Assembly (NCBI GenBank): GCA_050084985.1
Contig: JBITNC010000001.1
Coordinates: forward strand, 25,358,001-25,422,000
Direction: 5' to 3'
Length of the DNA stretch: 64,000 bases
Source of the DNA: Nageia nagi
Lineage: Eukaryota; Plantae; Pinophyta
Made by a program: the position numbers and the translations under genes. Below are positions 39,350-54,900 of this stretch, in pieces. Every line of letters starts with the position of its first letter. Position 1 is the first letter of the stretch. The notes beneath the pieces are model-generated. The model did not search any database. It was given only the letters and a program-made list of their open reading frames with translations, and had not been told where the DNA came from.

Positions 39350-42300
39350 TGATAACACTTGACCTGACACTCGAGTGAACACCCAACTTTGCCAATGCCA
39401 ACGCTGAGGTTAGCACTAACACTAGAGAAACAAAACACGTACAAGCAAAAGATAAAGCGATTCAGGTCATTTTGAAGCATTATGGAAGTTGGAGAACCAT
39501 TGGAAATCTAAAGGGATGCCAGTTTGAATTCATTTATTTCCTTTGTGATTTTATAATCAATCCAACAATCCAAGAGAGGGGATTAGAAGGATCCAATAAT
39601 CCAAGAGGAGGGTCCAAGAGAAACATAAGAGGTGTAGATGACCTAGTGAGGTGATTCTTATGCTGATGTTGTTGGTGTTGCTACTAGCAGAATGTGAGGT
39701 TGTTGTTAGAGACCAAAATTTGCTAAAAGCAAGGAGGGCTTCATAAGAAGGGATAATCCTTCCCATTCTCCATGTTGTAATATTGATTAAATGGTGGACA
39801 ATGTTATATCCATCTTGATCAACTTGTAATAACTAATAAGCTTAGTATAGGATGAATGAGAGTATAGTCATTCTATGCTATTTTATTTCTTATTTACTAA
39901 GTAGATCAATGATGTAATAGTCGCAGTTGCATTATTGAGAGCATGTTTTGGGAGAGGTATAATGTTTGAGTCTTGTACATGAACAAGAAATATAAAAGAG
40001 AGATAATATTGTCCAAGAGAGTGATCTGAAAGGACCTATCAAAGTCTTTCATAAACATGATGGAAGAGAAAATTCTAGATCATGAGATGATAGAAAAGAA
40101 AAGAAAATGTTCTTACAAATACCAATGCTAATGCTAGGCTGAGTGCTAGCGTTGTTATAGCAATAGAAGAAATAAGCATGAAGGTGATTTGGTTAAGCTT
40201 GGAGGGGAAAAAGGATCATTGGAACGGAAAGTGCGAATGTCCAAAATATTGAGGCGACATTTAAACTACTTGTGGTTGTAAGCTTTATCCATATATCAAT
40301 AATAAAATCATGAAGAAAGCCATTAAAGGGGATGCACTCTCAAAACAATGAGAGGAACCTCTATAAAAATACTTGTGTTCTTTGTGTGGATATGTATTTT
40401 AATCAATAATTATGCATATTAAGAACATATAGAGAAATGAGAAAATAAAAATAAAATAAAATCATAAATTTGTATTTGATATTTTCTTGTAAGCTATAAG
40501 CTTCATAAAATTACATATCACTTAGTCTCATTGTGCTTGCTATGGATTTCAATAAAAATTCTATGGTGACACTTCTAACTTAAGCTTTGTCTTCCTCCCA
40601 TGCTTTGGTGATTTTGATGGAGAGGTCCTCTTCATGGCCCTCACACTTCTTAATGCAGGGTGTCATTCCCATTCACTTCAACTTCTTCCATACTTTCTTA
40701 TCCCCCTTTACTTACTTGTAGCACCTGGGCTCTATCATAGAAATTACACCCATGGTAAACAATTTTTTTTAGTTGCTAAGCTTTTGGCGTATTTGCTTTA
40801 ATATTTTCTAGAGTGTGGTGTAATTATGGTGGAGCATTGGATCATATAAATACCAAATCCTTTTATTTTGCCAACTTTGTATTATAATCAAGCAAATATT
40901 TATCAACACATTAATACACATGCATACTTTAGCTTTGCAACTATATATTATCATATTTGGAGGTGATTTAGATATGACATTGGTTCTAAATTCCCTATTT
41001 ACTATCATCTTGAGATATTACTAACCTCCACTTCATCATCATTAGGTGATGTGGCCTCTAAGTGGAGTCCATTGAGTGATTTATCAAATAGTAGATATGA
41101 AGGGGGGTCCACATGGAGATAATATAATATGTTTTCAATGCAAGCTTGTATTATTCCCCCCCAATTCTAGTTGCATTTTAGTTGCAATCTATGAATATTC
41201 TATTGTTTTTTGCTTTCCATATGATCCATCAAGTATGGGGGATGATTACATTCCAACCATTTTTTAGTTTTTTTCAATTCGATCTTGGATCCCATTGAAT
41301 AGATCACCATGATGGATGATCCATAGGCCTGCATAGATCACTATGAGTGAGTTGCAAAGGACACTTAACTTTATAAGTTTTTCTTGAATCAAAAGGATCT
41401 TGATGGTGCTTCCCTAAAATATATTCATCATTGGTGCCTTCAATAGTTAATATTTTATGTTACCCTCTAATCATTTGATATCATTTTCTATCATGCTTTG
41501 CAGTTTTCTATAATTTATAGACCTAATTCTATCATGCCACTATATTCCACTTGAGTAATCAATGCATTATATGCAACAAAACCATCATAAATAAGTGTAC
41601 AAACTTAAACAAACCAACTTTATAATCAATAGTCCATATAGCAATTATTTTATTTGAAGCTTCCTGTCTCTAATACTAAATCAGTTGATACAACAAATTC
41701 ATTACCAACTTGAATACATTTTTATAATGAAATACAATTGGCCACCACTCTTATTACTACAAAATACTCCAAATACTTGTTACTTCCAAGCTCAAAATAT
41801 TATACCTCCTCTCCTTCTTTCCAACATGGAGTCTACCATCATGTCTTCCTACATGCATCATTGACCAACACAACTTTATATTCGACACCACTCGAAACAA
41901 ACAAAAACTTTCACCATAACTTCATCTAAGATCTCTAATGTAGAATAATGATTTTCCTTCCACCACAAAATGGTGATGACTAACATTGTCATGCCATGAC
42001 ACAAATTGTTGTAGTCCCAGTAATTATCCACCACTAACATCAACCTAGGAAGAAGAATTGAATTGATTGAGAGATACTTTGGCCAAAAAATGTTGTACTG
42101 GTTAACAACATTGTCTATGTTTTTTTCCCTTGATGCAAAAGATTTTTTCAATAAATTCTTTCGATAAGAAAGAATAGAACTTTGAGTTTCTATTTTGGCC
42201 CTTCCTTTGCAAAGTCCTCATCAACCAGGTATGGTCATATTCTATCATAGTTGATACATTCACATATTTTGAAAATAAAAATTAGATAAACCCTTGCAAA

Positions 42301-43090
42301 TACCTAAACTACAAAGAAAACTATTGATTTACTACACTATATGCAAAAGATTTGAAAGATTATATTCTACGCAATCATGTGGTAGATCAACTTCACCAAA
42401 CCATGGTTTTGCTCTCAACTTGCTTTGATACCATATTGGAGCACAATATAACTCACAAACTATTACTGCAATATATAAGTAAATGCATGCCAAGTATAGA
42501 TATGAGATTGTTAAAACCTCCTAACAAACTAGATAATTTACCAATTAAAAATTATTTATACTCTACTATACAACAAATATTATTGAGATATTACTCAACA
42601 ATAGCATATCAAATAATAATATCTCGCAATCATCTTTCAAGCTCATCAATTCGTCATTGCATTTTAGCGAGGGTCATTCATATTTTTTCTATTTGCCCAC
42701 CATGGATTGCATCTTTAATGTTGAAGTTAGAACATCTTCTACTATGGATTTCTCTCATTTTAGTAGTTCATGGGCCTTATGTATTCTTCCATATTTTGCA
42801 TACTTGTCTTAGGGCTTTTTTTTAGAAAACCCATTTTTTGCATATCCTACAATGTAGACCATGAAACTGTATTTACATCATGCATCTTGTCAAACATTTC
42901 TTAGGCCTTGTGTGTGATTGCCAGAGATCTTTGGGGTCCAACACCACCTTAATTATGTCTGCCTCCTTCACCAAGCTTTGGATATGTCATGAAACCTCTT
43001 CTCCATGAATGATGTACTATTTACTTTTAGAGATATACATATGCTCTCTTCCATAACTATGTTTGAAGGAGCTACACAAAGGGGAAGGTA
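39350..43090 (+). mobile_element. Highly degenerate Gypsy-like LTR retrotransposon relic
   Basis: LTR-like segment ending at a TGGTGAC PBS-like site (~40564), traces of integrase (IIVDTF.. ~42245), and a purine tract at ~43079. Boundaries are uncertain. Confidence 0.4.
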
Positions 43091-43112
43091 AATATATGAG
43101 TTTTCGTAGGTA

Positions 43113-43343
43113 GTGGATTCCTTGCTATCGAGCTAATAGTAGATTCTTGCTTTGGGATTCACTATTACCTGGTCGATAATGGATTCTGATTGTAGGATTC
43201 ATGTTGCTTAATCGACAGTGGATTCTCGCTATAGGGTTCACTGCTTCCTGGATAACAACGAATTCCTACTAGAGGGTTCACTATTACTAGAGTGATAACA
43301 AATTCTTGTTATGGGGTTTGCTATTGTTGGACCAATAATGGAT
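43113..43343. repeat. Degenerate ~39-bp tandem repeat (about 5 copies)
   Basis: Units resembling GTGGATTCTCGCTATAGGGTTCACTGCTTCCTGGATAACA. Confidence 0.75.
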
Positions 43344-46133
43344 GCTCCTCATTTGGCAATTTATTTATTTTAATATATTTATTTTTTTTATAATATTTTG
43401 TGAAACATTAATAAAGGTAAAATCAACATTTAACATCATTTAAATACTTAATATATATTTACTTATGGAAAAACTTTTATAGGTCCTACAAACCAATGTG
43501 TTTAAAAGGATAAAAGACTCCTAACTTTTGAGTTTTGTCATAAGGATTTTCCATAATTGTCTTATAAAGTCACAGTGAATAAGTAAATGGTTGATTGATT
43601 CCTAACTTTTTTGACATAAAGTGCATCGGTTTAGAATTGCAAAAATTCTTCTTTTAAGGTTATCACTGGTTAATATTCAATTTTGTAATCCATTCCATAC
43701 AAAAAAGAATATTGGGAAAATAAGTTCTTTAGCCAAGATTTTTTCCAAAGGTTTGTTATGTTTAGCATTTAAACCTTTTTTAATTAAATAATTTTTTTTT
43801 CCCCATCGTATCCTATCCATACTAGTTCATCCTACTTTTTTGAGGGAAATAATTTCAACATTCTTCAAATTATTTGCAATTTATTTTCAAGGGTGCTACA
43901 AGTATGTACCATTGGATTCTATCATTCACCTTGTAGTAGGAGTTTTGAACTTTTCTTTTGATATTTAGTTTCACCCATCTTGTAGCTTCCCTAAAACTTT
44001 TCTTCTTTTATTAACAGTTCAATTGTTATCCATGGATCCTTCCAAAAGAGGATATCCTGACCATTGTTCACATCCTATCTTGTGTTCTCTAGAAGGGAGT
44101 TTATGATATTTGTGATGCCATTCCAAAATGCAAAGCCATTATAGGGATTTTCAATTCTAAGGCATTTTCAGTACCCAAATACTTAGTTCCCGAGATGGAA
44201 ACCCATTCATTTATTAGACCATTGTATAACTTATAGGCCCACTACTACAAAAGGAAGAAATTGCATTAGTAAAAGCATCAAAACATAATATTATTTTTTT
44301 AAATTTTAGTTTGTATCTTGACACCATAGATGATGCTAATGCGAACATTAGAAAAGTGTCATCTCTAGCATCATATTTATAGACACTTGATGTCAGCCTT
44401 AGCATCAGAAAATGTCTAGAGTTAGAGATAATGTGAGAGGACATACTAGATTTAATGCATTTAACGTTAAAGAGGATGTAAAATTTAAACCCTACATGTA
44501 TATACATAAACCCTACACATATATAGTGCACCTAGCATCAATTGTATTGTTAGGTTTAAAATTTATGTATATACAAAAATTGTGTGCATCTATATGATAA
44601 ACCCTATGCGTATATAAATAAACCTTGAGCGTATATAAGGCACTTTGCTTCAATTATAACATCATGTTTAAAATTTGAGTATATACACAAATTGTATGCG
44701 TATATACTATAAACCATGTGTGTATGTAAGTAAACCAGTGTTTATTTTAAGAAAAAATTATAATTCCTAATTATAGAAAAAATGACTATTTTGATTCACT
44801 TCTAATTAATAATTTGGCTATTCCCGTAGAAGTGCATATAGCAAAAATGACTATTCCAAAATTTAAGAAAAAAAAATGATTCCTAGAAAATAAATTCCTA
44901 AATATAGCATTGATAAAATTTGAAACACAAGCTTACTTTCCTTCCATTTTTGTAAAATTTTATGAATGTTATGTATTCTAATGTTATTTTAATAATAATA
45001 GCATTTATTTATTTTCTTTTTGAAGGAAGGTGATTTATTCACATATTTGCATACTATCATTTATTTCATTTGATGAGATTTTAATTCATCATCTAATTTA
45101 TCGATTCTAGGTGTTATGTGGCTATATGCAATTCAGACCCTATTTCAATCCTATGACTATTGAAAGAAACTCTACATGATGAGATGAAACAACAATACTT
45201 AATTAAAATGTAGAATATAGAAATAAATTTTAAATACTTCAATTGTAAAGCTTCTAATCATAAATGGAAAAAAATTGATAAATAATAAACCAAAAATACA
45301 AATACAAGATAAACTAATACTATATATTTAATTAATACAATGAACAAACTTTATATATATATAATTCAATTCTTCAAGCTTGTAAGATCCATATAAATTA
45401 TACTCATTATTAAATAATAAATAAATACAATATTATAAATCTAAAGACCAAACTCTTGAATGTCTTTACCATTTTCATTTAAACATTAAGGTATATATAT
45501 CTTTGTTTCCAATCAAGGAAAATCCAACTTATAACTTGTTGGACTATCTAACACCCAACTTATTTTTCTACTAAAGGTCGATCTAGAACCTAGGAGAGTT
45601 CTCCTTTATGTGTGTAAGTTTTTCAATTTCTTAAAGATAGGGTTTTTTCATAGATTTTTCTTATGCTTATTGGCTTAAGTTTAGGGTTCACTTTTCGTAT
45701 TTGCTAGTTGTTATGATTCTAGCTAATTCTCATAATGGATGAGGTTAGCTTTTGCCACCAAACTTTATTGTAAAATATTTTGTAGAATTAACATAAGTAT
45801 ATGTTATGGTATTATTACTATTATTGAGGCTCGAGAATATTATTTCTTTTTGACTTTAATATTTGAATAGTTGACCTTATATATATATATATAATATATA
45901 TATGTTGATTTTATGTTGGCAAAAGAAATTTAGCTACATGTCATTATGGTGTTGTCCCGCTATCAGCTACTTATGGCCTTTGTTTATAAACACTGATGAT
46001 AAGTAAACATTATAGCTGGTAATGTTAGGTACATGTGCAGCCCATGATGCAACATGTGTAGATGAAAAAAATATTTTTATCATATATTATTGAAGTAAAG
46101 AAAATTTAATGAGACAATAAGGTAACATGATAC

Positions 46134-46452
46134 GAGAAGATTGATCAGTCAAAGGAGACATGTGGAGGTCCCATGATGCAACACCCACAGATGAGACTTT
46201 ATGCAACTATAGATATCAAGGAAATAACATAAAGGTTAAGAAAAAGGGCATACAATATGCAATTGTCAACTAGGATATATGGAGGTAATAAGATAACATA
46301 AGATGAGAAGATTGACCGGTCAAAGGAGACACATGGAGGCCCCATAATGCAACACCTACAAGTAACACTTTATGTAATCATAGATCACAAGGAAATAGCA
46401 TATAGGTTAAGCAAAAGGGCATATAGTGTTGAATGATAAACTAGGACATATG
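46134..46452. repeat. Diverged ~170-bp tandem duplication
   Basis: GAGAAGATTGA..GTCAAAGGAGAC...AAAAGGGCATA...ACTAGGA.ATATG occurs twice. Confidence 0.8.
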
Positions 46453-47099
46453 TACATTTTGTGATAGCCTACTAAGAGATGGAGAAAGTGCCATTGTCTA
46501 AATCAACCAATAAAGAATATGATTAAGGGATAGCTACATGGTGTTTCTACAATACATTGCTAGGAAACCAAGAGTTCATCACCATCCAATTTAGCCAAAG
46601 ACATAACAAATTAAACAAGAAGAAATGTGGTGAAGTTCAAACTTGTAGCATGCATAAAATACACAGCACTCCCATAGACTCTTGCTAATAGATAAAGGAT
46701 GGCGAACCTTTCATTTTAGCATATGGAAAAATAATGAAGGTATCGACTCTCCATTAAGTAATGGTGGTGATAGTTAGATATGCTTGAGCTACTAGAATCT
46801 AGTAAAATCCATGCCAAGGACATTTAACAAGTAGCCATTAATTTATCAGTGATCATGTTATTATGAGCATAGTTCACTAGCACATTTCAATAAGTTTCTA
46901 TTATTCAAACATGAAAGGAATTATAGAGCTAAAGAAGAGATAGCAGAGCATCGTGAAGCTAGAGAAAGTTGTAAAGATATTTGCTAAAGCATAATTCGAT
47001 CATTATCAGGTGTGAGCTTCATCTATTTGCTTAATTATTTTGTTGTATGATAATTGTAATTTTTTTTGCCCTTTCTCTTACAATTTACCATTTTAGCAA

Positions 47100-50000
47100 T
47101 GGAAGAATTTAAGGTTATAACTCTAGTACCATACAAATTAGATAGAGGTAAGCATCATATTTCCTACAATGTGCTTAAAATAGCAAAAAGGCATATGAAG
47201 AGGAAGTCTATTCTTGAGTCTATATGAAATGAATTAGAGAGTAAAGACCTAGAAGTTTTTAGCTTTGCAAAAGATCCTATAGGATAGAATGCTTCACTGA
47301 TGTATAAATTATAGGAAAAGCCCAAGAAATCTAAAAAAGAAAAACTAACCTAAAAGGCAAATATGGGATTTAAATTTGGGTAGAATGGTATGTCCTTTGG
47401 TAGTTTTATCCCCTAACCTATTGGTATGGTTAGTTCAAGCCTATGATGACAATACAAGGGCATTCAGGAAGCCAACTGGGGAAATAACTTTTAGTTTAAA
47501 ACCTTAGACTATTAGAGAGGTGTTTCTATTGAAAGGAGGAGCTCAAACCATGTATTATAAAATCCTACTGAATAAATTTGCAACCTTTTTGATCAATGTA
47601 TAAAATAAGATTTTCCTACATGCAAATGAAAATAGGGGTCAATTTCCATTTATAAATAAGCTATTATATATATTTGGGCCATGGATATGTAAATATTATT
47701 AATGAAATGTTATATATAAGAGAGTTTGAAGATACAACCAAAGACATTTTGGCCATTATTCATGATGTGTGAGCATAATATGAGTTAGACCTTATGATTA
47801 GGAGTCATTTATTCATACTAGTATTTGTGGTCAGTTGTTATCAATGTAAATATTCATACAACAAATAAAGGATATCAAAGAATTAATGCCACACTTCTCT
47901 TATTACTCTTTCTTTAATCACTTTATTGGTGGGCCAATTACCTAATGGCATAATTGATGAACTAGGAGGAGATGCCAACATAGAGCTAGTACAAGAAAAA
48001 CTACCTTGCATAAGAGAAGGAGAAAGAGCTGCAACTAGAAAGAATTTTTATCATAAATTTCTCCCTATAATGTTTTTGGCCATACATGGAATTTTGCTTA
48101 GTAGAATAAACCCTTCTTTAATTGATTTATTGTCAAAGCAAAAAATTAGAGAGTATTTAATATTGTAAGAGTATTCATATGTAAGGTTCTATGATTCAAA
48201 ATTACCCTCAAAGGCATTGCCAAAATATGCTCCATTCTCATTGATTTGTTGGATATTTTGAGATAAATGGTAGAAGATACCAAGGTAAAATTAGTGAAAA
48301 AGAAAGGTAGGGTCACATTTCTCACAACACCTTGTAGAATTGGTTATTATTATTACAACAACTATCAATCCATGTTGACCAAGATCAAGAAGATGGATGA
48401 GTGTTGCTTTGATGAAATTACTTGGAGGTCCTTTGACCCTTACAGGTATCACAAAGAATATATTCAAAGTATTAATAAATGACTTATTCTTTTACATAGA
48501 GAGGTTTTATTTGAAAATGAAATCAATAAAAGGATTAAGAGGGGAGCTCGAATGCCTAAAATTTAAGAGATTTGGGCTACTTTTGCTGGATTGAGAAGAG
48601 AAAATTCTAGTTTACAATTTTCTAGAGAATATAGTGAGGAGTTGAAGAGGTTGAAAGAAGAAATAGTAAATACACATCCTTTATTATTTGAACCACTCTT
48701 TCCAATTATAGTTCAAGATTTGTTATATCAAATGCTAAAGGAACATAAGGTTCAACTTGAGTTTGAAGAGAAGAGAAAACTATCAAAGTTATCTGGAAAG
48801 AACAAGAACTTCAACATTGGATATCATTTTAGGAGCATTAACAAATAAAATAGTTATAGAAGAATCAAATTCTTAGTCTCAAGAAGCTAATATGATTGCA
48901 TTTAAATATCTTCCTTATTAAGAAAAATAAATAATGAGAATAACTTAGCTACCTTTAGCTTTGCAACCCCCTACTAGAAAGAAGTCAACTGAGAAGTAGA
49001 CTAAATGAAAGGAAAAACAAGTTGAGGCTAACACAGCTCTGGACATGAATGTAAATGATTCAAAATTTCCTTATGCTATTACTATTGGAGGAGAGAGGAA
49101 GATCCTTAGCACTTATTAGGGATGGAAATTCTGGAAAGGAGGAATGGATATTATTATAATAAATTTTTCAAATTGATGATGGAGAAGTAGGAGGAATTGA
49201 AAGTGGCAATGAGCCAATGGAAGTACATATCACTCAAGGTCCTACTACTACTCCCATAATGGATTTGCAAATCCACATTCTTGATGGCATAACAATTTTT
49301 TCACATTGGAGCCCTTGTATTATAAGAAAATGGTGTCACCACTAATAGTTTAAGAATCATAGGAGAATAACGATAAAATGTCATATGATAAGCTGAAAGA
49401 AGAATATGAGACACTTCTTAGAGAAAATAATGAAGGAATATGGGGCACCAATATACAATTATAGGAAAGCTCCAATGTTCAGATCAAGGAAATTAATAAT
49501 GAAGAAACATAAGTGCAACCAATGCCCCTTTAGTGAATGCTTAAGATCAGATAGATCCATATGAGATAAAAGAAAAATCAATGGAAGCCAAAATTAGGTT
49601 AATTATTGATAATTTGGCTACCTCTCAATGCCAAGTAACCCTAATGTATGTTATGGATATGGCATTAAGGAGAGTCAAGTGTAAATTACCTAATTTGGTA
49701 GATTTCTTTGCAGATTTTGCTAAAACTATATATTGTATGATATATTTCTAAAATAGATTCAAAGGACAAAATAAGAAATTTAGAGCATTTCTAAGCTCCT
49801 ATATGCAAGTTTTTCAACATTATTTTGAAATAAGAGATTCACCCATATAAAAATATGATGGCATAAGGACCACTATTAAGGAGATTGTCAATAGGTATGA
49901 ATGGTTTTTAGAAAAGGAAGGTGCCTTGGAAATATATAGATTAATAAAAGGTTGAGGTAGATTGACATTGTCACCAAAAAGGTTAATAAAATAGGGTTTA

Positions 50001-50300
50001 GGGTGGAACTGATTATGAATTTTTTAAATTTAAGGTAATTCCTCATCTATTTAATTATGTAAATGGAGAATTAGTTAGGGGATGAGAAGTTACTAGTATA
50101 TCAAATTGGCATAATTAATAAATTAATAGCTGGGATACTAGACTTGAGTAAAACAATTATTAATGAATGGCCACAAGTGAAAAGTGAAGTATTCAAAAAA
50201 ATGGATATGATTGATCAAATGAAGATTGGTATAGTAGCTTGGGAGAACATTGAGATAAATTTGACTTTATTACCAAAAGAACATAACTAAGGTAAAAAGA
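47100..50300 (+). pseudogene. Decayed long ORF, probably a retroelement extra ORF
   Basis: A chain of ORF fragments (47926-48848) with coding-like composition and many stops, e.g. AYDDNTRAFRKPTGEITFSL, LPKYAP, WRSFDPY. The family is not firmly assignable. Confidence 0.4.
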
Positions 50301-51462
50301 AGGTAAGACCTTGGAATGAAGATAATCAATTTTTCCTTACTAAAAGAGTAAGGAAGCTAAAATATTACCCTTTTACATTAGGTGCATTAGGAGAGTAAGA
50401 GAGGTCAAATGCCAACTCAAAAATTGCCACCTAGAAGAGTGAAAATCATGAAGCCTGGAAATAAAAAATGGTCAGACAAGCAAGAGTTACTTGAGGTTAA
50501 AAGGGAGATCAATAATAAATTAATCCTTATTATTGAGAAGATTTTAAATCTATTCTTGTGTTCATCAACAAATGTTTTTGAAAATTGTTAGTGGTGAATT
50601 CGCTTCCTACTTTTTAGCTAACTGAGAGCTAACTATTACTTAAACAAACTGGCAATGGAGGTTGTTGGTTTTTCTCAACAACTCTTCCATAAATATCTTG
50701 ATAAAGGATCCCCCATTCAAGAGATCAAAGTTTATTAGACGTACTGGTGCTTATATTTTTTTTTTTTTTCATTTTATGCTCCCATCAATTTTGAGTCTTC
50801 CATATACTCGTATAATTTCTCATTTCTCCTTGGTTTTTAGCTTATTCTTAATCACAGGAAAAGAAAGAGATTGGAGCAAACTCTATGGACATTCCCAATC
50901 ACTGCTACTTAGTCATAGCCTGAGGCTTTTTGCTTTTTGTTAATGTTCTAAATTAAAGATTATTTTTTAGATTGTTACATTATTTGGATAACATAGTTAT
51001 TTTATTTTCAAACTATAACCATGCAAGCTTATTGCTACTAGCTCATTTGAATATTTCAATTAAAGAATAATATCTCTTTTCCTCTGTATATTCCTGTATT
51101 TGTGTTAAGCCATTTCGCTATTCATTGGTTGTATGTTTATTTCATTATTTAAATAACACATTGCATCTTTTCTCTATATGTCATTAGTTTTCATATTCAA
51201 CAATCTATTTTTCATATTTGATACTGTACCCAAAGCATGTTATGTAAAGAATAAGCACCAGTTTGCCTTTTAGTTTTAAATTCTATTTTTTATGAGTGGA
51301 ATGCAAATTTATAAAAATTAAAAGCTTTTATTCAATGCATGTTAGTATATTTAGCCAGTAGATAAAAAATAATAGAGTTTCCATACTTTGTGACATTGTG
51401 TTTTCATTCATTTGAAAGGGGTACAAATTTTGAGACAATAGAAGTATACTAGTTTCCAGCTA

Positions 51463-51950
51463 CACACTTTTTTGGAGCATGTCCCTTAGGTTCAATAGAA
51501 TTTTCTGGAACACATATCCTAAATTCAACACACTTTTTGGAGCACATCTCCTAGGTTCAACACACTTTTCTAGAGCAAGTCCCTTATATTCAACACACTT
51601 TTCTGGAGCACGTCTCCTAGGTTCAACATATATTTCTAGAGCACATACTCTAGGTTAAACACACTTTTCTAGAGCATTTCCCTTAGGCTCAATACACTTT
51701 TCTAGAGCATGTACCTTAGGTTCAACACACTTTTCTAGAGCATGTCCCATAGGTTCAACACACTTTTTTGACGCATGTCCCTTAGGTTTAACACACTTTT
51801 CTAGAGCATGTCCCCTAAGTTCAACATACTTTTTTGGAACACATACCCCAAATTCAACATATTTTTCTAGAGCACATCTCCTAGGTTCAACACACTTTTT
51901 TGGAGCACATCCTCTATGTTCAAGTTTTAACACATTTTTTGGATCACATC
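51463..51950. repeat. 33-bp minisatellite (about 14 copies)
   Basis: Consensus TTCAACACACTTTTCTAGAGCATGTCCCTTAGG. Confidence 0.93.
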
Positions 51951-54900
51951 CATAGTTGTAAGAAACATGATGATGCTTAGTTGTTTCATGTTTTATGGGA
52001 TTGCAACAACAATGTAATGAAAAACATATTGCTAATGGCAAATTTGATGCATAATCTCTAAATTTATAATAATTTTTCATTTTATTTCACTAGGATCCAA
52101 GGTTAAAGCACCAAATGGTTGGACAAGAGGGGGTAGGAAATGGAGACGAAGGAGGAACCAGAGAGATATTTGAAAAAACTTTATAAATATTACATTTTAT
52201 AGAAGTTAATACTTTAATATCTATTATAATTTTAAATAAATTTTATAAATTTTAATTAATTAGAAATATCTATTACAACTTTGAGCACATCTATATTCTT
52301 GTCATAGTATAATTCTAGAGCTCAAAAGCTTCATGTATAATTTGGTAGACATTAACTTTGATGCAAAATAAAATATAAACATACTCAAAAGAAACAAAAC
52401 ATACTAATAGAATTAAAGAAACCATAAACATAACAAATATATATTTCATTCTAAATTTAGATAATTAATAAGCTTTACATTAGATTATGAAGTTTGATTG
52501 TATCCAAAATACTCAATTTTACATTTCTAGTAATAAAAATATGAGATATTTCTATGTCTCATCACACCCACTAATTTAAATCATTACTGCACCTGTAATA
52601 ATTAAAATGTTGTATAATTACCCATTATTGATTTTCTTGCCAAGTTTGTAGTAAATGAATGATATCATATACACCAAATGAAAAGATGTGCTTTTCCTTT
52701 GTTTTTGAATGTTCCTCTATAGGGTGTCCTTGTTCCAACTTTACCTTTGTCTTCCAAATATGGAAATCTATATTCTTCTATGGTTTTGTATTATGCATTA
52801 ATGAAATGGGCTACAACAAGATGGGTGGTCTGAACTGCATTCCAATCCATCCAGTTGGATTCTACCTTATAATTTCAATTAATTCCATAATGCTTATGTA
52901 ACTCCACTTCATATTATTAGGAGAAATTATTTACCTTTGTATATGCTCCATTATTTGCAATGTCCACTAGAGATGACAATTTACCAAGGCTTGATTGAAC
53001 TAATTTTGAAGGGCCACTTGATAATAAAAAAAAATATCCTTCCATCACCTTTGCATATGTAGAATGTACAACAAGTGTACTGATCAATCATTTATTTTTT
53101 CTTTCTAGCAATTGAGGGTATACGACTTCTTCCCTAATCAAGAAGGTGTCTTGTATATTCCTTTTCTTGACTAGATTAACATCATGTCTTTATTTATTTT
53201 GATTTTCCAAGACTAAGATAGAGGTACGTAATCGAACATCATCCACATACAAATTAGGAAAATTTTGTGTATCTTTTGTAAGAGAGAACCCATGCATACA
53301 ACATTCACAAAGCAAGTTTTTTTCATCTTTTGAAATAAAAAAGTAAGAATCTAAAAATTCAACAAAATCATGCATTAAATACAAATACCCTCTTTTAATT
53401 CTCTATACTTTCCACCTAAAGCATTATTCCTTTAAATACATGCTATACATTTTAGGAGTGTGTTGTAACTACAGGAATTTTTCAAACATTAAGCAAACAT
53501 CCAATACTAGTTATTTAAATTGATTTGTTTTAATATTAACATTTTCTAGCTTATTTTTAGTATTCTCATGCTATAAGGCTATTTGGAATAGTTCATCATT
53601 CCTTTCAGTTAGGTTTTTAACAATTCTCTCTTGAAGATCTAGTTGGTGTATCAAGGTTTGGATTTTATAAGACAACAATTCATGGGCTTTTTCAGCTTCT
53701 AATCTCAACTCATATTCTAATAACAAATCATTCTGTATGTTTTCAATATATTGGGCCAAACTCTAAACTTTTTCTTTTTCAATTTTTAAATCATTAGTTA
53801 ACTCAAGAATTGTGATATTTTCCCTTGTAAGATATTTTTATTGTACTCTAATATTCTACAATTGAGCTTCTCAGTCTATGCTTAACATTTATTCTTAAAT
53901 TAACTTTTGATTTTGACTTTGTAGCTCTTGACATCTAGAAATTAGTTCTTTGTGAATTTCTTCTAAATTGGCTTTTTATCCTATTAATTAGATGTTTATT
54001 TTCTCTAAAGTGTGGATTTTAGTAATGAATACATGAGTAGGTGAATCTTCATGCAAGGATGCTTGAATGGCCACTTTAGTGATTATGTGAATGGGTTTCA
54101 TATTTGCTGCTATTTTAGGAGAACATTAGGGTGGTATCACAACAACTTCATCAACATTAGTGTGATCTGAATTATCTACACACTTAGCTAAATTAATTTA
54201 AACCATGGGAGAGTCAGGTCTAGCTCATTTTGGATCTAATTATGTTGCTTCCTATAAAATGTTATTTTCCTCAAAGTATATATCTTCACTAATCATATGG
54301 TATTCCATGTCCTCTTATTAATTATCTAATAAACATTATCATTTTTTAGGAGGCTCAAGATTCATAAGGGTACCTTTTTCCATCCTTTGTTTGTACCTGC
54401 ATTGGAAGATAAACTGTGTGAGTTCTCGGTGGTCTCCTTAGCACCAAGGTCAATTATGATGCCCTTATCACTGGTGAAGGCTTCAATTGTAATATCCATC
54501 TTCACCTTTTTATGACTATAAAATTATGTACTAGATGATGCCTTATGACTTGGTTGAGGAGTTTGTGATTTTTGTGGTAACTCATGAATATGAAATGCAG
54601 ATTTTTTTGCTTCTTCTATAAGGTTTTCTATGAGCTTATTTATAGGATGGTTGGTGGACTATTTGGCAATAAATTCTTACCATGGTTATAAGGTTTTGTA
54701 ACAAATTATGGAGTATACTCATAATTGAGAGTAATTTCTATATTACAACCTCTAGGATTATCGTTTAGGGTTTCTAGATCATCATCAACAAGTGGTGCGT
54801 TAGTATCATAGAATAAAAAGATAATTTTTTGAAAACATGGCCTTAGGCTAAAGACCTAAAAATGGCCAATAAATGGTCAAAATACATTGAATACGATAAA

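Noticed and set aside
38950-39350. PIF/Harbinger nuclease relic
   Set aside because: Only vague motif similarity; no TIR/TSD or clear DDE residues.
43500-44250. Ulp1-like protease relic of a DNA transposon
   Set aside because: Too degenerate to show the catalytic His/Asp/Cys by eye.
51655-52080. 141-aa ORF with 11-aa repeats
   Set aside because: By-product of a 33-bp minisatellite. The repeat continues past the stop and there is no gene structure.
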